DNA of 64,000 bases from Mustelus asterias (lineage: Eukaryota), in NCBI RefSeq assembly GCF_964213995.1, contig NW_027590423.1, positions 248,001 to 312,000 on the forward strand. The letters run 5' to 3'. The position numbers and the translations under genes are program-made. Positions within the stretch are counted from its first letter, which is position 1, and the number at the start of each line of letters is the position of its first letter. Positions 26,912 to 40,800 of this stretch are shown here, in pieces. The notes beneath the pieces are model-generated. The model saw only the letters and a program-made list of their open reading frames with translations. It made no database searches and was not told where the DNA came from.

Positions 26912-27263
26912 CTGTGCTCTTCATAGAAATCATAGAAACCCTACAGTACAGAAAGAGGCCATTCGGCCCATCGAGTCTGCACCGACCACAATCCCATCCA
27001 GGCCCTACCCCCATATCCCTACATATTTTACCCGCTAATCCCTCTAATCTACGCATCCCAGGACACTAAGGGGCAATTTTAGCATGGCCAATCAACCTAA
27101 CCCGCACATCTTTGGACTGTGGGAGGAAACCGGAGCACCCGGAGGAAACCCACGCAGACACGAGGAGAATGTGCAAACTCCACACAGACAGTGACCCAAG
27201 CCGGGAATCGAACCCAGGTCCCTGGAGCTGTGAAGCAGCAGTGCTAACCACTGTGCTACCGTG
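26912..27263 (-). mobile_element. HE1-type tRNA-derived SINE, full length, inserted in one ~120-bp unit
   Basis: A/B-box head GCACAGTGGTTAGCAC..GGTTCGATTCCC, core GTGGAGTTTGCACATTCTCC, and a CR1-like TTCTATG tail. Confidence 0.9.
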
Positions 27264-28804
27264 CTATTTAATTTAAACATTTTCTGGTATTTTAATATAT
27301 TTCTCTCTCTTTTACCCAAGAATTAACATTTAGATTTTACTGAGAGATTGTGTAACTGAGAAAGGGGAATCCTGGTCTCTTGTGCTATTTAATTTCAACG
27401 TTTTCTTGTATTTAAATTAATTATATTCTATCTCTTCCCAAGGAATTCATATTTAGTTAAACAATCTCTCAGTGAAATCTTAGAGGGGGGAATCCTGGGC
27501 TCTTGTGCTATTTAATTTAAACATTTTCTTGTACTTTAATTAATTATTTTCTCTTCTCCCCAGGAATTTGAATTTTGAAGACTACAATGTGACTCAGAAT
27601 CCTTGGACAAGGGGCTTTTCTCCAGAGGAGGATGGATGGACTGAGGCCTGTTCTATAGGCCGCATGTGAGTCGTCGTCTCTTTATTACAGGGATGGGAGA
27701 CAGACCGCTGTTCCTAATTGTTGAATAAAATTCACAGAGGCCTTTACAATTCAGTTTTCAGAAGTTCAAAATTTCATTTCATCCTCTCTGCAGCTTTTCC
27801 CCCATTCTGTCTATTTCCTCTCTGCTTTCTCTCTCTCTCCATCCCTTTCCTTCCTCTGTCTCTCTTTTTTATTCCCTCTCTCTCCCTCTTTTTCCCAGGA
27901 AATAATATTTTGTTGGACAATCTCTCAGTAAAATCTGAGAAGGGGGAATCCTGGGGCTCTTGTGCTATTTAATTTAAACATTTTCTGGTATTTTAATATA
28001 TTTCTCTCTCTTTTACCCAAGAATTAATATTTAGATTTTACTGAGAGATTGTGTAACTGAGAAAGGGGAATCCTGGGCTCTTGTGCTATTTAATTTCAAC
28101 ATTTTCTTGTATTTAAATTAATTATATTCTATCTCTTCCCAATATTTAGTTAGACAATCTCTCAGTGAAATCTTAGAAGGAGGAATCCTGGGCTCTTGTG
28201 CTATTTAATTTAAACATTTTCTTGTATTTTAATTAATTATTTTCTCTTCTCCCCAGGAATTTGAATTTTGAAGACTGCAACGTGACTCGGAATCCTTGGA
28301 CAAGGGGCTTTTCTCCAGAGGAGGATGGATGGACTGAGGCCTGTTCTATAGGCTTCAAGTGAGTTGTTGTCTCTTTATTACCCTGATCCAGGTTTAATTT
28401 TAATCTCGCTTTCTTGGATGAACCAGTCCTGGTTCGATTGTGGGATGGGGTGGGGTGGAGTTTAAAACCCTGGGGTTAAAATATCCCGGCTTTGCAATTG
28501 GTCACAAACATGTTAACCCTTTGCTGGGTGGCAAAGAGTAAATTAAATATCTGTAATATGAAACTGTCTAAAAGTTTGATGCAAATCCAAAATAACAGGG
28601 GTGGGAGAGAGTGATTTACCCGAATGTTAAATAAGATTCACAGAGGACATTACAATTCAATTTTCTGAAGTTCAGCCTTTACATTTATCTTCCCCTCTGC
28701 AGCTTTCTTCCCCATTCTATTTCGCTCTGCTTTTCTCTCTGTCTCTCTCTCCAGTATTTTTCCCCTATCTTCAGCTTTCTCTCCCTTCCTGTTTCTTTCC
28801 CCCT

Positions 28805-29135
28805 CTCGAGCATTCTTCCATATCTGTCCATCACTCACCAGAATGTCTCTCTCTCCCTCTCGAGCATTCTTCCATATCTGTCTATCACTCTCCAGAATGT
28901 CTCTCTCTCTCTCTCGAGCGTTCTTCCATATCTGTCCATCACTCTCCAGAATGTCTCTCTCTCTCTCTCGAGCATTCTTCCATATCTGTCTATCACTCTC
29001 CAGAATGTCTCTCTCTCTCTCTCTCTCGAGCGTTCTTCCATATCTGTCCATCACTCTCCAGAATGTCTCTCTCTCTCTCTCGAGCATTCTTCCATATCTG
29101 TCTATCACTCTCCAGAATGTCTCTCTCTCTCTCTC
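28805..29135 (+). repeat. Minisatellite of ~6 copies of a ~52-60-bp unit (CGAGCATTCTTCCATATCTGTCTATCACTCTCCAGAATG(TC)n)
   Basis: Direct tandem repetition. Confidence 0.9.
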
Positions 29136-32100
29136 TGGCTCCATCTTCCTTTGTGTCTCTTTAAACCGTTAATCAACAAAAACTGTGTTATTGTGAACAG
29201 GGAGACAGGAATATGGCATCGCTCATTTCAATGCAGAGTACATGAGAGAGAGGGAAAGAAACAGCTATGGACAGAGACAACGAGTGAGAAAGAGAGGGGA
29301 CAGGGACAAGGATCCAGACAGGAACATCCATCTTTACACTGAGTAAGAGAGACAGGAGCAGAGGGAGAAAAGAGAGGGAGATAGTGAAAGGGAGATGGAG
29401 GGAGTTGTAGAAATCAATCCCGGGAGGGCGATTTTAAAAAGTGTCCCGAAGGAATCAGCAGCCCCTTCCCAAACTGAAAGAGGGAGATGAGCAGCTCCTG
29501 GAGTCTGAGAGGGAGACAGGGATGGACTGGGGGGTTGTGGATATTTGAATTCAGTTTTAGGAGATTCTGTTTGTAGATTTCTCTCTCTCTGTTCATGCCA
29601 TTCTGATGTTTCTGAGAGATTGTGTAACTGAGAAGGGGGAATCCTGCGTTTCGGTGAGATTTAATTCAAATGGTTTCTTGTATTTAATTAATTTTCTCTC
29701 TCTTTTCCCCAAGAATTCATATCTAGTTAGACAATCTCTCAGTAAAATCTGAGAAGGGGAATCCTGGGCTCTTGTGCTATTTATTTTAAATATTTTCTGG
29801 TACTTTAATTATTTTCTCTCCCTTTTCCCCAAGAATTAATATTTAGATTTTACTGAGAGATTGTGTAACTGAGAAGGGGGAATCCTGGGCTCTCGTGCAA
29901 TTTAATTTAAACATTTTCTTGTATTTTAATTAATTATTTTCTCTTCTCCCCAGGGATTTGAATTTTGAAGACTGCAACGGGACTCGGAATCCTTGGACAA
30001 GGGGCTTTTCTCCAGAGGAGGATGGATGGACTGAAGCCTGTTCTATAGGCCGCATGTGAGTTGTTGTCTCTTTATTAACCTGATCCAGGTTTAATTTTAA
30101 TCTCGCTTCCTCGGATGAACCAGTTCTGGTCGATTGTGGGGTGTGGGGGGCTGGAGTTTGAAACCCTGGGGTTAAAATATCCCGGCTTTGCAATTAGTCG
30201 CAAACACGTTAACCCTTTGGTGGGTGGCAGAGTAAATTATGTATGAAACTGTCTATAAGTTTGCTTTAAATCTAAAATAACAGGGGTCGGAGACAGAGCA
30301 ATGAACCTAATTGTTGAATAAAATTCACAGAGGCCTTTACAATTCAGTTAACAGATGTTCAGATTTTCATTTCATCCTCTCCACAGCTTTTCCCCCATTC
30401 TGTCTATTTCTCTCTGCTTTTCTCTCCATTTCCTTCCTCTCTCTGCCTCTCTTTATTCTCTCTCTCTCCCTCTTTTTCCCAGGAATTAATATTTAGTTGG
30501 ACAAACTCTCAGTAAAACCTGGAAAGGGGCAATCCTGGGATTTTGTGCTGTGTAATTTTCATTCTGGGTGTCCCGGGGGGTTTGATTTCACTGTCTCAGC
30601 CCCTCTCTGCCTCACTCTCTCTCTCTCTCTGTATAAACTTTTCCCAAATTACAAAACACTCAACACAGCTGACTGCACCTTGTGGGATCTTGCTGGGGAT
30701 TTTGTTTTAAAAAGGGTGTTTTCTCAGAGGCAGTTTAAACCTTTCAGGGGACTGCGGGGAAGTCTCCAGACTTGGGACAACACACACACAGGGTTGGGGG
30801 CTGGGGTTGGCGGGCGGGGAGGTGGGCAGTCAGGTATACTGGTATTCTGGGAGACTGATATTCCCAACAAGGGCCAGAGGTCTCAGTGCTGAAACATATT
30901 AAACTGTTCAAACAGAGGCAGGCAGAAAGCCATGAGGCTTCAGAGCTCCCTGTAGATGCAAAGGTAACTCTGTCAAAAAGTAGCCACATGTGAAGTGGAA
31001 ACACCTTCCCTCAGCTTGTTACACACTGACCTTTCCACAACCCCAACATGTTTACAAACACTCGCTGCAGTTTCTGCAAACTTTGTATCAAACTGCCTCC
31101 CACTCTGCTCAATACTGACCCCCTCTCAACCTGGCACTGAACTAGTGTCTGAATTGAGACAGAGACACACAGACAGAGGTTTTAAAGTTGAAAGTTTTAA
31201 AGTTTGATTATTAGTGTCACAAGTAAGGCTTACATTAACACTGCAATGAAGTTACTGAGAGAGACAGAGACACACAGAGACAGAGACATAGATAAAGAGA
31301 CAGAGAGGATATTTAAAGTTTTAAAGTTTGTTTATTCGTGTCACAAGTAAGGCTTACATTAACGCTGCAGTTACTGAGAGAGACAGAAAGAGAGAGTTTT
31401 TAAAGTTGAAAGATTTAAAGTTTATTTCTTAGTGTCACAAGGCTTACATTAACACTGCAATGAAGTTAGTGAGAAAGACAGAGATAGAGGGAGCATCCAG
31501 AGTGGGTTCAGTAACACATTTATTGATCAGATATCTCTCTCTGTGACTCTTTAGCGATGAGATATTCAGCCAGGATGGTTTCACTGACCCTCTTCAGCAG
31601 GCAGATATTCCCAAATCCAGCCCAGGTCTCAGACACACACACCACTCACACATTCCCTCTGCTCTGTCCAAGGGAATATTTTAATCCAGGAATTTCTATT
31701 TTATATTTACAGGGTGACGGGGGGAGAAACTCAACTCAAAAATCCTGCAGTCTCTCCAAGCTGCTTTTAAATTTCAATTCAAACCCTGGGCCACATGGGA
31801 AGCTGCAGAGATTGGGAAACTTACCAAACCCAGTTTGTGTGTGAGAGTGTCTGCAGCTTTTGTGTCTTTGAACTTGCGAGGGTGCCAGGGGGAGAATGTC
31901 ACTGTCTTCACCTCTCTCTCTGCCTCTCTGTATAAAAAAATCACCAAATTAAACCACACTCAATAATGCGACCATACACAATTAATTATCAAATATCTGT
32001 CTCTCTCGCTTTATCTCTGTCTCTCCCCCTGTCCTCTCTCTCCCTGTCTCTTCTCGAGCAGAAACAGATGGAGACAGAGAGGCAGGGAGAGAGAGGAAGA

Positions 32101-32199
32101 GGGAGGGATGGAAACAGCTGGAGTTGTGGGTTAGATGCAGGGGGAGAGACACAGGCTGTTAGAGGGAGGGGGGGTTTCAGTGAGGGACAGGGTCTCCAG

Positions 32200-35100
32200 T
32201 TTAATTCTGAGGGTCCTGAGAGAGGGATTTCACTGTCTCAGCCCCTCTCTGGCTCCCTCACTCTGTATAAACAATTCCCAAATTTAAAAAATGCTCAACA
32301 CAGCTGACTGCACTTTGTGGGATCTTGCTGTGCACCACAGGGATTTTAGTTTTAAAATGGGTTACTTTTAAGAGGGAGTTCCGGCCTTTCTGGAGATTTG
32401 GGATGATGCAGACACACACACACAGACACACACAGGGTAGTGAGTGGGGAAGGGGGCTCACAGCAGGCAAGAGAGTGGGGGAGGGGTGGGGGGAGGACTG
32501 TGTCCCATCTGATTCAGGTTCACATTGCTGCTGCTACTGTGGGATCTTGCTGTGCACACACTGGGCCTGTGGCCTTTGCCTGCACAGCAACAGCGCCCAC
32601 ACTTTTTATTTTCAAACAAAATCTGGCTCAGGGACCGCAAAGTGGGTTCAAGGAAAAAGCTTGAAAAGGGGTCGGGTAAATTCAAGCACTTTAATCACCG
32701 AGGCATCGTAGGCTCTTGAGCAAGTGCTGGGGAATGGGAGGAGGATAGATTGGGATTTGATGGCCAGCATGGAGCTGGTGGGCCGAAGGGCCTGTTTCTG
32801 TGCTGTGTGACGCCAGATTCTTTTCTCTCTCTCTTTTCCCAGGAATTTCTATTTGGATGGGGGGGGGGGTATAGAATTTCTCTGTCTCTCCAGTGTTCTT
32901 ACCAATCCCAGCACCCCTCCCCTCCCCTCTCTCTCTCCCCAGACATTCCTGTCTATATTTCATCTTTCAATAAAATGTTTAAGAAAACACCAATGTGAAT
33001 TGTTGTCAATTTAATTTGGGAAGAGAGAGAGAGAGAGAGAGGAGTGGATCCCATTTCCCACACACTCTCCTGCAGTCCTCACCCACAACATTTATTTAAT
33101 CTGGCCCTCACCAGGTTGTGTGTGTGTGGGATCTTGCTGTGCACACAGGTGGGGCTGGCTCCCTATTCCTCGCACTGTGACCGTGAGCAGAACTTTAAAC
33201 AGGAAAGATTGAGGGGAAGGATAAGGGTTGGGGAGGCGGAGGAGGCAGAGAGAGAGATAGAGAAATGGAGGGAGAGCTAAACAGAGAGGGGGTGGGGGAG
33301 GTGTGAGAGGGTCTCAGGAGGGGCAGGGGGAAAGAGACACAGAGTCTGGGGGTGTCCTCCTCCACTGTGGGACTGGCAGTGGGATCTTGCTGTGCAGAAT
33401 TACCTTCATTGTCATTTGAATCATTCATTCATTGACTAAGGGAGGGTGGGTGTGTGATTGTGGGATTATAAATATTGTTACCACTCTGAGGTGATGTTTC
33501 CCTCTGCGCTATTTTGTAACCCCCTAAAGGGATACTCCTCGCCTCGTAATCTTAAGTAAGTGTGTGTGAGACAGGAGGAAGCGACTGGTTTTAGACATTC
33601 AATCCCTACAGTGCAGAAGGAGGTCATTCGGCCCATCTAGTCTGTACCGACCACAATCCCACCCAGGCCCTATTCCCGTAACCCCACACTTTTAACCTGC
33701 TAATCCCCCTGACACTGGGGTCAATTTAACACGGCCAATCCACCCAACCCGCACAGCTTTGGACTGTGGGAGAAATTGGTAAATTAAAGCAAGATCTGAC
33801 ACTCTCTCCATCAGGAACAACCAAACAGGTCTTTAATTTAGACTGGGTGACAACCTTATTAAAACAATGAACAAACTGAATGAACTCCCCAGTAGAATGC
33901 TGTTCCAAGGACAAGACTCACTCAGGAATAATGAAATAAATCATTACAGAATAGAGTCACCCTCGAATAACCAGGCGTCTGTTGGAAGTGTGAACTTCCT
34001 TCTGCTGCTTGGGTCTGGAATACTTTCTGAGTTGGTTTCTGCTTCTATTTAGATGGTGATGTGATGAAGCTGTATATATTACTGCAGGATTCAGTATCAG
34101 ACTCTCCCTCCTTCAATCTAAAGAGGCAGCAAGGTCGCTCCCTCCCCGTTATTTCCCCCTGTCCCAGGTTTAAATACCCAGAATTTCCTCACAGTATTCC
34201 TGCAATTTGAGTGGCTTGAGGCTGTCACCAACGCCCCAATTTGAATGCAATTGGTTGTGTGCGTTTGAGAGCTTGTTTTAAAATCATTGGTCCAGTTCAA
34301 AGCCTGTTTTGCTCTGCTGGGACTCTGGCTGCTGCTTTGGACACAAATGTTGTAAAGTTGTGTTCTGCAGCCCTGCTTTCTGCAGTTTAAAATCCCCAGC
34401 ACAGAGACACAGGCTTTCTAAAGACACAACGCTGGATGGTTCGTTTTGGTTTTCTCAGCATTTCTTTTCAATATTTACATTTGTCAAACACCACATTTTT
34501 AACCTGATATACGCAACTTCATAACAATATTAGACAGGGAGAGAGAGATCGGGAGAGACAGAGAGAAAGTCACACAAAGAGAGAGAGAGACAGGGAGACA
34601 GAGAGAGAGAGAGAGTCACATGGAGGAATGAGGATGGGGCCTGGATGGGAATGTGGTTGGTGTAGACCTGATGGGCCGAATGGCCTCCTTCTGTACTGTA
34701 GGATTCTGTGATTCTGTAATGGGGGCTGCGTGCGGTGTGAGGGGAGGGTGGAAGGGGACAGGGGGTGGGGGCACCACAGGTTCCCTTTTCCCCCCTCCCC
34801 CCTCCCAGGCCCTGTCCGGGAGGTTTCGGGGCTGGAGGGGATTGTTCTGGTGAACTGGCCGGGGCCTGGGGAACCTGTTCTTTGTCCAGGATGTATAATG
34901 CAGCCTCTGTGACCAGGCCTCAATCCCAGGCCTAACCTCAGGAAGGCTTTTGCATTTTGCTCCTTTTCCAAACGGTGCCTGTGTTTAAATCGATGGGACT
35001 CGACGGTCGAATAAAACCTGCAGCAGCCACTTTAATACAAAGAACAGCACAGCACAGGAACAGGTCCTTTGGCCCTCCAAGCCTGCGCCGATCATGTTTA

Positions 35101-38100
35101 CCTATCGAGACCAATGGCCTGTATCCCTCTCTACCCCGTTTGTTCATGTGTCTATCCAGATAAGTCTTAAATGTCACTAATGTATCTGCCCCAACCACCT
35201 CACTTGGCAGCGCATTCCAGGCCCCCACCACCCTCTGTGTAAAAACCTTCCCCGCACATCTCCACTCAACCTTTCCCCCCTTATCTTGAACTTGTTCCCC
35301 CTTGTAATTATCATTTCTGTCCTGGCAAAAAGCTCCCAACTGTTTATCCTCGCCACACCCCTCATAATTTTATAAACTTCCAGCTGGTCGTCCCTCAGCC
35401 TCCGTCTTTCCAGGGAGAACAATCCCAGTTTATTCAATCAATCCTCACAGCCAATACCCTCCATACCAGGCAACATCCTGGTCAACCCTTTCATTGGATT
35501 TGGGATGTGATTGTGGGTTTTCCTGCTATATCTCTTTCTCTTCAATCTTTCTCCCGTGATTGTGAGTTATCAGGGAGGGAGAGAGAGAGAGAGAGAGAAA
35601 GGGATGGTAACAGAGAGAGAGAGAGAGAGGGCAAAGGCAGAGGGGCAGGGAGAGGAGAGAGATTGGAGGGGAGTGGGTTAGCTGGGGGGGGGGGTGGGGG
35701 AGCCTCCGCTGTGCACTCACAGCCCACCCAGCTCCCCAGTCTCTGGTTCGGTGCATTAACCCACTCTGGTGCATTAACAGGCGCCAGAGTGTGGCGACTA
35801 GGAGAATTTCACAGTAACTTCATTGCAGTGTTAATGTAAGCCTTACTTGTGACTAAGAAATAAACTTTACTTTATACTTTACTCTGAGATAAAGACCCTC
35901 ACTCACAGCCTCCCAGAAGGTGGGATTTAGAAACAGCGACTGTGTAACTGAGGCTGAATCTGTGCTGTTGTGTTTGAAAATATATTTTCCTCATATTTGA
36001 TGTGTTGTAAAGATATTGGAATCTGGCTGCTGCCACATTGCAGTGAGAGAGAGATCTGGCTTTGCAGGAGGAGCTTCCCTCCCCATTTCCCCATGGAAAT
36101 CACTGAGAAATAGCAAACGTGGCCCACAACACGTCATTATTTGAAACGGTCAGACAGAAACTTATCAGAGAGAGCATTTTAATCCCCATTCATCCCCAGA
36201 CGGAGAAACAGAGCAGAGATCAGGACAGATTATCCAGAGTAGGAGAGACCGGGGCAGAGATGGGGTTTGGATATATATAGATCTGGGGGGAAAGCAAAAG
36301 AGACACAGAGGGGGCTGGACAGGTTCAGAGATAGAGGGAGAGAGAAACAGCGAGAGAAAGAGGGAATCAGAGAGAGGTGGGACTCTGCTCGAAGTGGAAG
36401 GTTCCCAGTTCAGATCGAATGTACTAACAGCACCAATGCTGGAGTGACTTATTATTTTCATTTGGGGTGGGGGAGAGATGGAGGGGAGAGAGAGGGAGAC
36501 GTGTGGTTCCCTCATTTCCCACTCACTTCACCCCAATCCTCACTTCAAAATCACTTTGTATCTGGCCCTGTTCAAGCTGTGTGTGGGATCTTGCTGTGCA
36601 CTCATGCTCTGTCCCCCTGCCCCATATTCCTCACACTATGACAGAGCCCCATGCTTTAAACATGAAAAGATGGAGGGGAAGGCGGGTGGGGTAGAGAGAG
36701 AGGAACAGAGAATGGGTGGGGAGTGTGGGGGGGCTCAGTGGAGGGGGGTAGGGGGATAGAGACAGAGGCTCTGGGGGTGGGGGGTGTCCTCCTGCAGTGT
36801 GGGACTCCCTGTGGGATCCTGATTGCAGCATTCCCAGTCTCTCTCCCTCTCACTGTGAAGCACTCGGGAGGGAGAGGGAGCTGAAATTCAAATTCCTGAG
36901 CCTGGGGGAAAGGCTTGTTCTCAATCCCAGAGTCCTGCTTGTGTTTTTAGACAGGGCGCTGGGATCTGTGGGTGTGGCTTTCTAAAGACACAACGCTGGA
37001 TGGTTCGTTTTGGTTTTCTCAGCATTTCTTTTCAATATTTACATTTCTCAAACACCACATCTTTAACCTTATATATGCAGCTTCATAACCATATTACAGA
37101 GAGACAGAGAGAAAGAGACAGAGAGGGGGGGAGAGAGAGAAAGGGAGAGAGAGACAGAGAGGGGAGAGTGAGGGAGAGCAGGAAAGGGCAGCAAGAGGTG
37201 AGGTTTGTGGGGGGTGCAGTGAGGGGGTGGGGGAAGAGACACAGGATCTGGGGGTCTCTCGTGTGGAGGGAGAGAGAGGGAGACGTGTGGTTCCCTCATT
37301 TCCCACTCACTTTACCCCAATCCTCATTTAAAAATCACTTTGTATCTGGCCCTGCTCAGACTGTGTGTGTGGGATCTTGCTGTGCCCTCATGCTCTGTCC
37401 CCCCTCCTCCCCTCCTCATATTTCCCGCACCGTGACGGCGCCCCACATTTTAAACATGAAAAGATGGAGGGGAAGGAGGGTGGGGTAGAGAGAGGAACAG
37501 AGAAGGGGTGGGGAGTGTGGGGGGGCTCAGTGGAGGGGGGTAGGGGGACAGAGACAGAGGCTCTGGGGGTGGGGGGGTGTCCTCCTGCAGTGTGGGACTC
37601 CCTGTGGGATCCTGATTGCAGCATTCCCAGTCTCTGAGAGAGAAAGAGAAAGACAGGGAGGGAGGGAGAAAGAGAGAGAGAGGGAAAGACAGAGAGAGAG
37701 AGAGAGAGAAAGAGGGGGAAAGACAGTGAGAGAGAGAGAGACAGGCAGGGATAAAGAGAGAGAGAAACAGTGTGAGGGAGAGAGAGAGAAAGATGGAGGG
37801 AGTGGGAGAGAGAGAAAGATGGACGGAGAGAGAGAGAGAAAGGCAGACAGGGAGTGAGAGAGAAAGATGGAGGGAGTGGGAGAGAGAGAGGGGGAAAACT
37901 GGAAAAGAAAGCAAGAGGTGAGGTTTGTGGGGGTGCAGTGGGTGAGGTGCAGTGAGGGGGTGGGCGAAGAGACACAGGATCACAGTGACCCGAGCCGGGA
38001 ATTGAACCCGGGTCCCTGGAGCTGTGAGGCAGCAGCGCCAACCACTGTGCCCCCGTGTGGCCCTACACGTTATGATTCAATTCTGAGGGTCCCGGGGCGA

Positions 38101-38992
38101 GGGGGGGGGGGGTGGATTTCACTGCCTCAGCCCCTCTCTGCCTCACTCTCCCTCTGTATAAACATTTCCCAAATTAAAACACACAACACAGCGAACTGCA
38201 CCTTCTGGGATCTTCCAGAGCACCACAGAGATTGTGTTTTAAAAAGGGTTTGGCTTCGTTTTAAGAGGGAGTTCAACCCTTTCTGAAAATTTGGGATGAG
38301 ACACACACAGACAGATACACACACACACAGGGTAGTGAGTGGGGAAGGGGGCTCACAGCAGGCGAGAGTGTTGGGTGTGTGTTGGGGAGGACTGTGTCCC
38401 AACTGATTTAGGTTCACATTGTTGCTGCTGCTGCTGCTGTTGTGGGATCTTGCTGTGCACACACTGGGCCTGTGGCCTTTGCTCGCACTGCAACAGCGAC
38501 CACACTTTATTAAACAAAATCTCGCTCACGGACTGCAAAGTGCGTTCAAAGGAAAGAAAGTGGAAACGGGGTCGGGTAAATTAAAGCACTTAAATCACCG
38601 AGGCATCGTAGGCTGTGCAGCAAGTGCTGGGGAATGGGGGGAGTATAGATTGGGATTTGACGGCCAGCATAGACCTGGTGGGCCGAAGGGCCTGTTTCTG
38701 TGCTGTGTGACTCCAGATTCTCCTCTCTCTTTTCCCAGGAATTTCTATTTGGATGGAGGGTTCATAATTTCCCTGTCTCTCCAGCGTTCTTCCCAATCTC
38801 TGCACCCCTCCCCTCTCTCTCTCCCCAGACATTCCTGTCTATATTTCACCTTTCAATCAAATGTGAAGGAAAACACCAATGTGAATTTTTTTGATTTAAT
38901 TTCAGGGAGGGAAAGACAGAGAGAGAGAAAGAGAGAGACAGGGAGGGAGGCATAGACAGACAGAGACAGAGAAAGACAGGGAGGGGGGGAAG

Positions 38993-39023
<31 letters not shown>

Positions 39024-40800
39024 AAAGGCAGCCGAATAAAACCTGCAGCAGCCGCTTAAATCCATCGGATTGGGGATGTGATTGTGGGTTTTCCTGCTGT
39101 ATCTCTCTCTCCCATCTTTCTCCTTTGATTGTGAGTTATCAGGGAGGGAGAGAGAAAGGGAGGGTAACAGAGGGAGATCAAAGGCAGAGGGGCAGGGAGA
39201 GGAGACACACTGGAGGGGCGGGGTGGGTTAGGGGGGTGGGGTCCTCTGCTCTGCACTCACAGCCCAGCTCCCCAGTCTCTGGGGAAAAGACCCTCACTCA
39301 CACCCTCCCAGAAGGTGGGATTTGTAACCAGCGGCTGTGTGACTGAGGCTGAATCTGTGCTGTTGTGTTTGAAAAGATTTTTTCCCAATATAAAGATATT
39401 GGAATCTGGCTGCTGCCACATTGCAGTGAGAGAGAGATCTGGCTTTGCAGGAGGAGCTTCCCTCCCCATTTCCCCATGGAAATCACTGAGAAATAGCAAA
39501 CGTGGCCCACGACACGTCATTATTTGAAACGGTCAGACAGAAACTTATCAGAGAGAGCATTTTAATCCCCATTCATCCCCAGACGGAGAAACAGAGCAGA
39601 GATCAGGACAGATTATCCAGAGTAGGAGAGACCGGGGCAGAGATGGGTTTGGATATATATATATATATAGATCTGGGGGGAAAGCAAAAGAGACACAGAG
39701 GGGGCTGGACAGGTTCAGAGATAGAGGCAGAGAAACAGGCAGAGAGAAAGAAACAGCGAGAGACAGAGGGAATGGGAGAGGTGTGACTGTGCTCGAAGTG
39801 GAAGGTTCCCTGTTCATATCGAATGTACAAACAGCCCCAATCCTGGAGTGACTTGTCATTATTTTTATTTGGGGTGGGGGAGAGATGGAGGGGGGGAGCA
39901 AGGGAGAGAGAGGGAGAAGTGTGGTTCCCTCATTGCCCACTCACTTTAGCCCAATCCTCACTTAAAAATCACTTTGTATCTGGCCCTGCTCAGACTGTGT
40001 GTGTGGGATCTTGCTGTGCCCTCCTCCCCGCCCCATATTCCCTGCACTGTGACAGCGCCCCACACTTTAAACATGAAAAGATGGAGAGGAAGGAGGGTGG
40101 GGTAGAGAGAGAGGAACAGAGAATGGGTGGGGAGTGTGGGGGGGCTCAGGGGAGGGGGGGTAGGGGGATAGAGACAGAGTCTCTGGGGGTGGGGGGTGTC
40201 CTCCTGCAGTGTGGGACTCCCTGTGGGATCCTGATTGCAGCATTCCCAGTCTCTCTCTCTCTCTCACTGTGAAGCACTCGGGAGGGAGAGGGAGCTGAAA
40301 TTCAAATTCCTGAGCCTGGGGGAAAGGCTTGTTCTCAATCCCAGAGTCCTGCTTGTGTTTTTAGACAGGGCGCTGGGATTTGTGGGTGTGGATGGAGAAG
40401 ATTGTTCTGTTTAACTGGGGGGTGGGAGAGAGGGGGGTTTGTTCTTTCTACCTGAGGAATAATGCAGCCTCTGTGACTAGGCCTCACTTCACGGCCTAAA
40501 TCTCAGCAGCACTTTTGCATTCGCTTAATTCCCCAACAGGGTTTAAGTGGCTGAATTCAATGGTTCAATAAAATGTGAAGCAGCCGCTTCAGGGTGGGAT
40601 TGTGGATTTTCCTGCTCCCGCCCCCTTCTCATTTCCCTTTTGATTGTGAGTTTTATTTTAAACGGTCAGACAGAAACTTAGAGAGAGCATTTCAATCCAG
40701 ATTCGCCTCGAGATAGAGAAACAGAGCAGAGATCAGGACAGGTTATCCAGAGACAGGAGCAGAGACGGGGTATTGGACAGATAGAGATCTGGGGGGAAGT
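32200..40800 (+). repeat. Mosaic of local segmental duplications (32200-33020 ~ 38075-38900; 35490-36975 ~ 39065-40390; 36480-36845 ~ 37265-37635; 34416-34530 ~ 36980-37095; 34850-35030 ~ 40400-40590)
   Basis: Long stretches of visibly paralogous sequence, with paired ORF-track peptides such as 35927/39298 and 36631/40067. Confidence 0.85.
35035..35490 (-). mobile_element. CR1 LINE 3' end
   Basis: LGLFSLERRRLRDDQLEVYKIM..FTQRVVGAWNALP, with a GTTCTTTG tail. Confidence 0.88.

Larger units (their letters stand above)
26301..30055 (+). other. Four tandemly repeated 102-nt candidate exons (26301-26402, 27564-27665, 28257-28358, 29954-30055) of an unknown gene
   Basis: Each copy has a TTTTCTCTTCTCCCCAG acceptor and a GTGAGT donor. 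Only phase 2 is open, reading NLNFEDCNVTRNPWTRGFSPEEDGWTEACSIGR, and the exons are symmetric. Related divergent exons lie at 25785-25909 and from 41179. Confidence 0.5.
26074..30540. repeat. Twelve ~120-bp units with a 22-nt core present in both orientations
   Basis: The core is ATTTTACTGAGAGATTGTGTAA or TT(A/G)GACAATCTCTCAGTAAAAT, set between near-identical flanks TTAG and CTGAGAAGGGGGAATCCTGGGCTCTTGTGCTATTTAATT. Confidence 0.9.
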
